From: Gekko japonicus
Taxonomy: Eukaryota
NCBI RefSeq assembly: GCF_001447785.1
Contig: NW_015162483.1
Coordinates: forward strand, 470,729 to 534,728
DNA: 64,000 nucleotides
Direction: 5' to 3'
The notes under the pieces were generated by a model. That model was not told where the DNA came from. It saw only the letters and a program-made list of their open reading frames with translations, and did no database searches. A program made the position numbers and the translations under genes. The stretch's first letter is position 1, and the number at the start of each line of letters is the position of its first letter. Of the stretch, positions 53,803 through 64,000 are shown piece after piece.

Positions 53803-55266
53803 CCTCTTAGGTTAAAAACTGTCAACTCAAATTTGACTGGATTTAGCTTTTCCAACTCTTCCTTAGATTTCTCCCCAAAAATTGTTGGGGGGCCTTTCCA
53901 ATGAAGTGATCAGAATTAAAAGTTCCAGGTAGGTTTTGTCAATATATCATATTTTCTTCTGTAGAAACACAAAAGTATGGGGTACCAAAAAAACCCAACT
54001 CACCCTTAGTTCAATTCCTGTGAATTCTGCCAACAGCAAAATAACAGATCATTAAATGTATTATTTACCTTGAAGAATGATCCTTCTATTCAGCTGAGTG
54101 GCATTTTCTTATTTGTTTAGGGGTTTTTTCCTTACAAGTGCCTGTATTTGTTTCCTAACTTTTATCTCTAATGCTCTGTGCTGTTGTTTAACCTTTCTTT
54201 ATCTATTTAAACTTTCACCTAAATGCATTTTTGAAGTCTAGAAAATGCTCAGGTTGTTCTTCTGGAGGAAAACAATCCCCAGAAAACATAGTGTGGTGTT
54301 AGTTCTGGGTAAATAAGCTGTGTTCATGATAGATCAGGAAGGAATAGTAATAACAGAAATAAAGGGCTGTAATTCTTAGCAGCTTGAACTTCTAGCTGTC
54401 AGCTACTGACAATTCAAACAAACATCAAAGAATATGCTATTTAGAACTCAGTTAATAAATTATTCCTTTTGCTATCCAACACATAAACCTCCAGCCATGA
54501 AGCTAACATCCCATAACCTGACAGTCTCCAGCTGGCATTTTGGATTTTCATGGCCTTCAGCCAGCTCAGTGTCATTCTCTCAGTCACAGTGGAATGGAGA
54601 ACAAGGTTCTTGCTGTATATACATACCCACTTCTATTTGTAGTTTGCCCCAGGAATAAACTAATTGCTGCTGTAAAACCTTACTCCCACCTTAGCTCAAA
54701 TTCATCTATAAACCCAGGGAGAGAGCAAACTGTAAAGGCGAGCCAGCTGGCCTTTTGGCTTTGTCTAGCCAATTAGTAGCAGGCTGCCAATTAGCTGCTA
54801 GAATAGTTAAGAATGAGAATCAACTAACATGTAAAATGTGAGGCAGATTCCAGTATTTACAGTGCAATCCTATCAGGAGTTACTCCAGTCTAAGTCTTTT
54901 GAAATAAACATTGGTTACCTCACACAGTTTTTCTCTGAGCAGACTCAATAATACACAAGAGCAATCCCCCATTATAACAGATATCTGAGGAAAAGGTCTT
55001 CATAGGCCCTGGTCACACGGGAGGCTTTGATCCGCGAGAGGGACAGATCGGGGGCGCAGCAAGCGGGCGCGATCACACCGCAACATCTGGGAAGCGGCAC
55101 GCATCTGTCCCCGATTTGTCTCTTCCGGCTGAAGATGCAGATCAAAAAAACCCCTACAAAGCACTACTACTTACCTGAAAATCCGCAGCAGGGGTGGCCG
55201 TGGGATTGCTGGCGCGCCCATCTCCGGCAGCATGTGAGGCCCCCGGCCAAACTGTGCAGGCATGCA

Positions 55267-57357
55267 CAGGGCCGGCTCACTCACTAGGCAAACTAGGCGC
55301 TCGCCTAGAGTGCGCCAGCCCTTAGGGGTGCCAAACTGGAACCCCCCCACCAAAAGCCCTCCCCCGCCAAAAGCCCTGCAACTTTCTTGACCGGGTGGGT
55401 GACTGCTGTGCGCCGCTGGGTCTTTCAGTGCGCTCAGAAGCGCAGCCACCCTCCTTTTGGAGGAGCAGGAGCCGAGGAGCTCTCGGAGGAGGGGAATTGG
55501 AGGAGAGAGCATTAGTTTCGTTTGCCTGTTTCCGAAAGCCGCGACATTTCTCTTCCAGCCGATTGATTTTCTGTTGGCAGAGAATGGACAGCCTGGTCAT
55601 CAACAGTTGCTAGAAAAAGGTGGAAAGCAGAGCATGGTGGGGAGACACCGCCTTTGGCCGGCATTTGCAGGCACCTTGGAGGGAGGAAGAGAGACCCTTC
55701 CTGCTGCTCTCCAGGGGACTGGCAGGGGGCGTCCCTGGGACCAGGGAGAGGCTTCCCTGCAGTGCTGGGGGGAGAGGTTGGGGGTCTCCAGCGAATAGGG
55801 GTGAAAGGAGACTTGGAAAGCTTCCCCCAAGGAGAAGAAAATCGCTGAGGGAACCGTGGAAGGAAGCAGAGGAGCGCAGCAGAGACTGCTGACCGAAGGG
55901 AGTCACCACATCCATCTGCCCCCCTTTCCCAAACCACAGCAAGTTTCTCATCTTCCCCCCACCTCTTACTACTTGCGGGGAGGGGGGTGGCAGAAACCCT
56001 CAGATTTCCCCTAGGAAGCGAAGGTAAAACAATTTCTCCCCCTGCCCCGCGTTAAAATAAAGTCCACGCAGACAGGAAACAACACAGGGCCAGGTACACA
56101 CAGGAGATTTTTTTTTTTTTACCAGACCAAGTTTGCAGAAAAATCCATGGAAGAAAATTACCAGTTTGATATTTTTAGGAAATGGATCAGCAGCCTGGGG
56201 GCCTAAACACTAGCTTAAGCCCCACCTCCAGCTCCCAGCAGCACTCAGTCAGGCTTGGAGGAGCTGGAGGTAGCAGGTGCTGCTTCTGCCGCCATCAGCC
56301 AGAAGGGTAAGTTGGTCGGGATGTAAGGAGCAGGGGCTTGTGTCAGGTGGATTGGGGTGGGAGGAAGTCCAGGGCTGCACCCACCCAGCCAGCCAGCCAG
56401 GAGAAAGCGAGCCCCAGGAACTCTTGTGCTGCAGGGAGCACATTGCTCCAGGATACAGAGAATCCTGGGCTCACTTTCTCCACTGGGTGTGTGTGTGTCT
56501 GCGCTCTCTGTCACCCTCTCTCTTTCTGTTTCTCCCTCTCTTTCTGTTGAGGTGTGTGAGAGCTGGAAATGAGAGGCTGGGGAGCTGCTCCACCCCACTC
56601 CAGGCTGCTTCCCTTGCAGCCTGACTTTCTTTCTTCCCTTCTTTCTGTCTTTCATTTCTCTCTTCCCACCTATTAGGTTTTTCCCCAGCTTCTCCTCCTC
56701 CCTCCTCTCCTCATCTATTTGCTTTCTTTCCACCTTTCCCCTCCTTCCCTCGCTAAAATAGCCCTAGTTAGGGTTGCCAGGTTCCCCCTGGCCACCTCTG
56801 GGGGATGAGGGGAGGGATGGCCCAGTCCAGGTTAGGAAACTCCTGGAGATTTGGGAATGGAGTCTGGGGAGGACAGGGACCTCAGTGGGGCACAATGCCA
56901 TAGAGTCCACCCTTTAGAACATCAGGTTTTTCCCCAGGGAAACTGATCTCTGTAAACTGGAAATGAGCTGTAATTCCAGGGATCCCCAGGTCCCACCTGG
57001 AGGCTGGCATCCCTAGCTCCAGTGCTGAAATTGGAAGCTCTGGTTCTGCTGTGTGAGTCCTGGCACTAGCTTGCATTTGCCAAATGAGAGTGTTTGGGTT
57101 TCTCTGTGAATTTGAGGACAGGAACTGGCTTTAAGTGAGATTGGAGTCAGTGTGCTGTTGGGGTTTGATGTTTGTGGGGGAGGGGAGAAAGTAAGCCTGG
57201 CATATCACATCATAACCAAAGCCATTGCTCATGTTTATCATCATCATCATCATCATCATTTCCTAAAATGCATTTATGTTTGAAAATTGGTGGGCACATG
57301 GGGGGGCGCCAGAAGGTAGCCTCGCCTAGTGTGCAAAAAAACCTGGAGCCGGCCCTG
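55267..57357. mobile_element. Large non-autonomous hAT element with non-transposase cargo
   Basis: Perfect 12-bp TIR CAGGGCCGGCTC; subterminal CTAGGC/GCCTAG repeats; 8-bp flanks GGCATGCA and GGCGCACA, both derivable from GGCGCGCA by CpG decay. Confidence 0.85.
56769..57015. mobile_element. TAGGGTTGCCA-family hAT MITE (innermost nested element)
   Basis: TIR TAGGGTTGCCA/TGGCATCCCTA; 8-bp flanks GCCCTAGT/GCTCCAGT (6 of 8). Confidence 0.75.
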
Positions 57358-58719
57358 GGCGCACACATGCACAGCGGGCTGCCTTGCACACTGATCTGTG
57401 GCTTCCCCCCCCCGACTTCTAATCGTGCTGGGGAGCAACTGCGCGACAGCTCGAGGGATCTGTCTGATCCCGCCGCCGCGCATCTCTTTAGATGCAGCTC
57501 AAAAAAGCCACACTTCAGCCGCACCTTTTCCCCCAGTGTGACCAGGGCCATATTTGCCTTTTCCTCCTCATGATATCAGTGTCTAGAGAGAGAAACATGG
57601 GGTTTGCCTTCCCTCAGGTCTAACACAGATTGCAGTTTGTTTACCCTGGCCTATAAAACCTATGCCAATTTTCTGTCTGTGTAATCCTGTCCTGTTTTTT
57701 ACTCATTCATGTTCTGATTTTACTAGGCCTGATCTGTACACAAGTTTAGAGGATTCTATTTTACAAATTACAGGGAAAGAATACGCATACAATCCATTTC
57801 TGGGGAACAGGGTATTAGCAGTTGGAGTCACGGAGAGCCCGGGGATAGTAGTAATGTATTGGTTCTAACCAAGCATTTTATGAGTGTTCTTCTAAATGTG
57901 AGTGGAGGCCAAAGAAATATGTTGCTGCAGGTGGCTTTGGGAACCCCATATATGCATAGAACAGAATAAGAATTCTGATATGGCAGTGCAGATTGTATCA
58001 CTTTAGACTGCAGATGAGGGGTGCCTTTTTAATGATTCCCTTTGTATAAAAAGTGCCGCACAAGTAAAAAACTCACAAAAAACCCACCACTATAGAAGAG
58101 TGATTAAAATCCAGCCTACTCCTTGCCAAGCTAATTTCCACACCGAGCAGGGTTGGTCTTGGGTTGCCATAAGTTGGATGAAACATGACAGCAAACAAGC
58201 ACAAAAACAATAAGCAAATAAATAGATGGGTGAGAGAAAATTTAAAGAGAGAGGCTGCCTAAGGGAGGGAAAGCTGAAGATGATCAAGAGAGAGAAATGG
58301 TAGTTGAGGGACAGAGGCTGCGGTTCCTATTTCTGGGGAAGGGAATGACAAAATGCTAGTGGAAGATTCTGTGAGTCCTTGTGAGTCCCTCACTTGCATT
58401 CTATATAAGTGGGAGATCCTCAAGGACTTAAGGGGGCATCTAATTCCCTCTTCCCCACTATATCCCTTTCCCTTCCCTGAAAACCCACAGCCTCTCCTCC
58501 TCCACCACTTCTTTATCTGATTCTCACCCACTAGGCAACCTGCTTTTATCTTCTCCCCATCTTCAGTTTTACCTCCTTACCTCCCCCTTCAGCCCCTAGC
58601 AGGGAAAACTCTGATTGAGTTGCATGGTTCCATAGCCAAGCTGGGCCAGCTGTGCAATATGGACCCTGCAAAGATTTGTGGGCGACCTCACTTTTCCCAG
58701 TATCCTCCTTTTCACAATA

Positions 58720-58990
58720 TTTGGTGTAGTGGTTAAGTGTGCAGACTCTAATCTGGGAGAACCGGGTTTGATTCCCCACTCTTCCACTGCTGATGTGACC
58801 TTGGGTCAGTCACAAGCTCTGGCACAGCTGTCCTTGAAAAAGAGCAGTTTGTGTCAGAGTTCTCTCAGCCCCACCCACCTCACAGGGTGTCTGTTCTGGG
58901 GAGGGGAAGGGAAAGGAGTTTGTAAGCCGCTCTGAGACTCCAAGTGAAGGGCGGGGTATAAATCAATCTCTTCTTCTTCTTCTTCTTCTT
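58720..58990 (+). mobile_element. tRNA-derived SINE (Squam3-like)
   Basis: TTTGGTGTAGTGGTTAAG...GGTTTGATTCCCC head; (TTC)n tail. Confidence 0.88.
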
Positions 58991-59441
58991 TTTCCATCCT
59001 CCTGGCAGCCCTTATATCCTCATCTTTCCCTGCTTCTTTCTCTTCTTCCACTCCCAGCCAAACTATCTTTCATCTGCCCCCATCTTCAGCATTATTTATG
59101 TACTTATTTAATTAATTAAAACACAGTATCCTTCCTTTTCACATGGTTTAAGGCAACTTACAACAGCAGTTTAAAAACATTTCCAATTAAAACCCTAAAT
59201 CTCCCCCCCCCTTAAAATATGTTTGCCATTTAAACCCTAGCAAGAGCCCTGGCAAACAAGCAGCACCTCCTGAAGATGTCCAAGGAGGGGGCATCCCTCA
59301 CCTCCTTAGGCCTGGGTTCTGGTTGAGGCCAGACAGGCTACTCTTAGTGGTGGCGATGGTCTCCAGATGATCAAGGATGAGCTCTTCATGGCAGATCTCT
59401 GGAGCAGCCAGCAGCATGGCTACATCTCCCTCACTCCCCAC

Positions 59442-59647
59442 CAATGTTCCCTCTAAGCTATGGAGTCTTGTGAGCAAAAATTCTACTTTGTGAGCTGCTG
59501 GCATTAAAGCTGTGAGTGAGCAATTTGGTTACTGCATAGATTAGTTTGCTTTGGAGCCACCCTTCCTGAGCAAAGACAAAAATGTGTGAGCCAGAGGCTT
59601 AAAAATGGTGAGCTAGCTCACACTAACTCAGCTTAAAGGGAACACTG
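59442..59647. mobile_element. hAT MITE
   Basis: TIR CAATGTTCCCTCTAAGCT/AGCTTAAAGGGAACACTG; perfect 8-bp TSD CTCCCCAC. Confidence 0.92.
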
Positions 59648-60104
59648 CTCCCCACTGGTGGCAACCAGAGGACTTGTCTGTCTGGACTGTTGAGGCATGG
59701 CCCAGGCCCCAGGAGGGGGACAGTCCTCCCACTGGGATACAACATGGTTCTGCTCCATGTGCAGGGGATGGGTTGCAGCTGTGATACAGAGTAGCCTGAG
59801 GGAGCAAATGGGGGGGGGGCACAATATCATCCGTGGCTACATGGTAACAGACGCCGGCACCAACATGCTGTGTGCCTCAAGGGCATCATCTGGCTGGTAC
59901 ACATGCTTCACCTGGTGGTGAAAGATGCTCTGGGGCTGGGGAGCACTGTCAGGGCCACCTGGGATGCTGCCACCCTTGAGATGTGGGCCTTGCTGGAGAC
60001 CTGCTAGGACCTGGCTGCCCACTTCTCACACAGCATCAAGTCTACCTGTCTGCTGCATGAGAGGCAGGGGAGGGGGATGAGCCTGACCGCTGGCTCATTC
60101 TGGA

Positions 60105-60390
60105 CTTACCCACCCTCTGGAACTCTAGCTATGGCACAGGATGTCATCTCCTCCATGACCATTGTGTACAAGGAAGAGGAGCTCAGCATCAGCTTCAATG
60201 ACTGGCTGACCCTCTTCCAAATGGTGCAGGTCTTCTGGCCCTTTCAGGACACCTCCAACATGCTCTGCATCCATATGGCCAGCCTGGGGCATGCCATTCT
60301 CCTAATTCAATGGCTGGACCAGGCAATGGCCTCCACATTGCAGCCAGACCTCGAGGGGATGCCTGTCCTCCCAGGGATCAGGGCCTTGAC
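60105..60390 (-). pseudogene. Decayed Myb/SANT-like DNA-binding exon, possibly from an autonomous Harbinger
   Basis: Minus-strand PW..(LEVW)..VEAIAWSSH*IRR...RLAIWMQ....KGQKTCTIWKRV with stops and a frameshift, followed by a GG|GTAAGT donor. Confidence 0.35.
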
Positions 60391-61174
60391 TGAGGGGTTG
60401 TGGGTGGGCATCACTACCAGATTGCATCCACACTGCAAGGAAGGGGAGTACAGGCTGGCCTGTATTTGTGACCCTCAGATAAAAAGCAGCATTGCTCTCT
60501 GGAATGCAGAGCTCGTGCAATGGAAGTGTGAGCTCTGCAAAGAAGTGCAGAGGCTACAGGCCAGCAGACATGGCCAGGGCAAACAGTGGGTGGTAGATGC
60601 TAAGGAGGGAGGAGGAGGAGCTGTAGCCCAGCACATCTGCCTCAAAGAGCCCAATCAGGGAGAAGTCTCGCTACTGGTTGACAGTGGTGGACTGGGAGAT
60701 CAGCAGCACAGGGGTGCCAGGCATGCAATGGCAGAGGATTCGGCAGAGGTGATGATGAAGGAGTGCCTTGCTGAGTCCCCTGAGTCTGCCTTCACTGATC
60801 CATTTACTGGTCACTCAAGGCTGCCATCTGGTCCAACTTCCCTCTTTTTAAAAATTTATTACAAAAATCACATAACTTGTTACAAAATGTGTAATTACAG
60901 CAAGAAATGATTACATTAGGAAATTATTGGGGCAAAAATTTCCTTTACAGTTATAATCTAAATCCAAAAATATTGCCACAGATCAATCTTGCAGAGACAG
61001 AAAATAATAAACAATAATCTAATTGGAGACAGTCATGTTATTGAAATCTCTTGATACAATTCAAATATATAAGTAATTAATTTCCTAGTAAGGATTTACA
61101 CCTAAGTTTATGGTTAAAACATTGATACTTCCATAGTATAGTACTGGCACGTAATAGTGCCCAACCAGGGGTGA

Positions 61175-61374
61175 TAGTGTTCCCTCTAAGCCAAGTGAGC
61201 TAGCTCACAGTTTTTTATTCTCCAGGTCACACATTTTTGTCTTAGCTGAGGAAGAATGGCTCTAGAGCAAACTAATTTATGCAGTAGCCAAATTTCTCAC
61301 TCACAACTTTAAACCCAGTAGCTCACAAAGTAGAATTTCTGCTCACAAGACTCCACAGCTTAGATGGAGCATAG
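61175..61374. mobile_element. hAT MITE, same family as 59442 in opposite orientation
   Basis: TAGTGTTCCCTCTAAG.../...CAGCTTAGATGGAGCATAG; internal homology to 59442-59647. Confidence 0.8.
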
Positions 61375-62189
61375 AAAATCACACATCATTCTGGTTAAGG
61401 TCAAGGCTCCCTAGGTTGTTGGGCTAGGGTTAATCTAAACTACTCTAAAATTCTTCAAATACAACATCAGAAAAAACATTTTTCTTTGAATTCAGAATTG
61501 TACTGCTGTGTGCTGATTAGGTCCCAGTACCATAATCACTTTCATGTTTTTCGAGAAACCTGAAGAATCTACCAGCCAGGGGACTCTTTGGGCTAAATGA
61601 TCTTCCTCTCTTCAGATGTAAATTTAGAAACTACAATGCAATGGTTGCATAATAACACATTTGGTGTGATGAGATGAATAAGCAAATATTTATAAAATTT
61701 TTGTTTACTAGTAGGGTTTCTATATTCATAACGTCACACTTTCTTGGCAAAAAATTTCTTTAGGTTAAATTGATTTTGGTCCAATCAGTACTAGGGAGTT
61801 ATTCTATCATTGGAATATTAGTGCCTTGCATCGGCCTCTCTTGCATGGCCATGAGTCTCCTCTCTTGCCCTCTCATCAGTGTTCAGAGAGAGCAGGTGTT
61901 CTCCCACCTAGGAGACATTCTCAGCCCACTGCTCCTGCCTGGACCCGACCAGGGTGGTCTTCTTGAAGGTCAGTCTCCCACTGCTGGGCTTACCCCTCTT
62001 TGGACCTCAGAGGGTAACATCAAGGCCTCTGCTGTCCCCCTGTGTCGTCCCCCCCATTCCTTCTCCTTTTTGGGTTATCTGGCCTGTGGGTTGTGCCCTT
62101 GGAGCTTCCGTGGGAGGATGGCCACCTCTGCCAGGTGGGGGTGGGCTCCCTCACACAACACCTACCTCATGTAACAACAACATCTACCT

Positions 62190-62700
62190 CATGATAACTT
62201 TAAATGACAACATCTGATTTCCACTGGTCTGGTGGGGTTGGGGTGCCCAGCCCACCAAGCTATCATGCAGTTCTTTGGAGAGCCCTGGTCTTGTTGATCT
62301 CTGCCTTTCTGTTATGGCTGGCATCACTAATCACTTGAAATAGAAAACTCTGATTTCCACTGGTCTGGTGGGGCTAGGGTGCCCTGCCTGCCAAGCTGCT
62401 GTGAGGTTACTTTGAGGAGCCTCTGTTTTGTCAGATGTCTCTCTTCCTGTGGTGGCTGGCATCACTAATCGCTTTAAGTGGAAAACTCTGATTTCCACTG
62501 GTCTGGTGATGCTGGAGTGCCTGCCAAGCTGTTGTGGGGTAACTTTGGAAAGCCCTTGTCCTAAGTCTCTTGTCATGTTTGCTTTTGCATCACTAATCAT
62601 TTTAAATGGAAAACTCTGATTTCCACTGGTCTGGTGGGGTTGGGGTGCCTGCCAAGTTGTCATGGTGTAATTTTGGGGAGTTCTGTCAAAACTCTGGGAA
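62190..62700 (-). repeat. Four diverged tandem units of about 128-138 bp
   Basis: CTGATTTCCACTGGTCTGGTG recurs at 62214, 62350, 62488 and 62616 (encodes TRPVEIRVF on minus strand). Confidence 0.85.
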
Positions 62701-63783
62701 GGTCTGCCTTTCTGTCCTTTAGAACTTGCCTTTGGAGACTTGGAGACTGGGGGGGGGGCTGTGAGCACATGGGATATACCTGCCTTGCTTCCAGTGTCTG
62801 GCTGGGAGAAGGGGTCTTCCCAGGTGAAGTTTCCCTGTGAGTCTGGTGTCACGGGCTTGTTCCCGAACCATTCCATAGATTCCTGGCTGTATGCAGTCCT
62901 TGAAAACACTGTAATCATTTTTTCTAATTTATTATGTTTGAGACATATGCCTTGAAGTAACACTTTAGTGGTATTTGACCTTGATCAATACATTTTCTCC
63001 ACCATATTTTGTTTTTGTTATTGCTTCTGGCTTCTGGCTGGGGGGGGGGTCTGCCCAGGTGAAGTTTCCTTGTGAGTCTGGTGTCACTGGGTTGTTCCTG
63101 AACCATTCCATAGATTCCTGGTTGTAACTGCTGCTGACTTTTCTAGAGGGAGCACTGGGGAGACCTTTTGGGGGAGTACATAACCCCTGAATGTAATCTG
63201 CCCCCAACTTGGAGAGATTGTAGAGGCACAGGTGGCAGGGTGAGGTTCCCTGTGTGTTTGGTTTGTATAGTTTGCAGGGAGTCCATTCTATACAGTTTTT
63301 ATCCTGTGCCTGACATTTCACCGAGAAGCATTTTCCTGGCTTGACCTTAGTCCTATTGGGTTTGCAGTGCCACAGTGGCACTGGTTCTTCTGGGCACATT
63401 GCACTGGTAATGCTGGTCTTGCAAAAATGCCCCCCTTCAGTTTCTACTGAGAGATTCTCTGGTTTGACCCTAGTCCTTTGAAAACAATGGAGTTTGGGGT
63501 ACCTTCTTTGGGGGGCTGCAACTCAAACTCCATAAATCCAATCCTCCCCAAACTTGGAGGTTGAAGAGAGTCAGCTGGAGATCTGCTGTGAGTTTGATGT
63601 TTCTAGTTTGCACAGGATCTGTTATATACACTCCTGAACCTCCTGAACCTGTGCCTGTAATTTTTCCAGACAATACTTTCCTGGGGGGGCCTCTTTGTTG
63701 GGGGGGGCGTAACTCAGACCCTATAAGGTCGGGGACAAAGGGTGGTTCTCGGGGACCGGCGCTCCCATAGGTATCCCCTTGAG

Positions 63784-64000
63784 TGTGGGGTGCCACAGGG
63801 AGTAGTGTTGTCCTTGATGCTATTTAATATCTATATGCACCCCCTTGCCCAGATTGCCCGGAGTTATGGGCTTGGGTGTCATCAGTATGCAGATGACACC
63901 CAGCTCTATCTGATGCTGGGTGGCCGGTCGAACTCGAGTCCTGATGACCTTCAGCGGGCATTAGCAGCTGTGGCTGGTTGGCTCTGGCTGAGCCAATTGA
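63784..64000 (+). mobile_element. L2-clade RT fragment running off the window
   Basis: CGVPQGVVLSLMLFNIYM.PL...HQYADDTQLY. Confidence 0.9.

Larger units (their letters stand above)
55005..57549. mobile_element. Harbinger-type MITE split by a 2.1-kb insertion
   Basis: Perfect 14-bp TIR GGCCCTGGTCACAC/GTGTGACCAGGGCC; 3-bp TSD ATA on both sides. Confidence 0.88.

Noticed and set aside
55300-56700. CpG-island promoter or first exon of a resident gene
   Set aside because: Lies entirely between paired hAT TIRs nested in a Harbinger MITE, so better explained as transposon cargo; no downstream exon chain is recognisable.
60077-60910. 277-aa plus-strand ORF as a real CDS
   Set aside because: No recognisable domain; runs into AT-rich unrelated sequence; the opposite strand has the more meaningful motif.
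62190-62700. CRISPR-like array of 21-bp repeats
   Set aside because: The intervening sequences are homologous to each other and the context is vertebrate; it is a diverged tandem repeat.

Overview
Repeat-dense, apparently intergenic or intronic vertebrate DNA from a squamate reptile, most likely a gecko (inferred from BovB, Squam3-type SINEs, squamate-type CR1/L2 tails and MITE families). No intact host protein-coding gene, rRNA, tRNA or CRISPR array can be supported. The window is a layered transposon graveyard. It holds L1, BovB, RTE-X-like, CR1 and L2 LINE remnants, and Penelope-like pieces with minimal hammerhead-ribozyme motifs. It also holds a decayed Ngaro-type tyrosine-recombinase retroelement plus a solo A-B terminal, solo LTRs, a young Helitron, tRNA- and 5S-derived SINEs, and many hAT and PIF/Harbinger MITEs with readable TIRs and TSDs. 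The most unusual structure is a triple-nested composite at 55005-57549: a Harbinger-type MITE containing a 2.1-kb hAT element that carries exon-like, apparently captured host sequence (Pack-TYPE-like). Also notable are the two complementary Ngaro recombination-type products, an unexplained Cys-rich, sequon-rich repetitive ORF remnant at 62.2-63.8 kb, and several templated-insertion and fold-back scars. Family names come from motif recognition only; no database search was run. Assembly gaps: 6291-6315 and 31136-31269.
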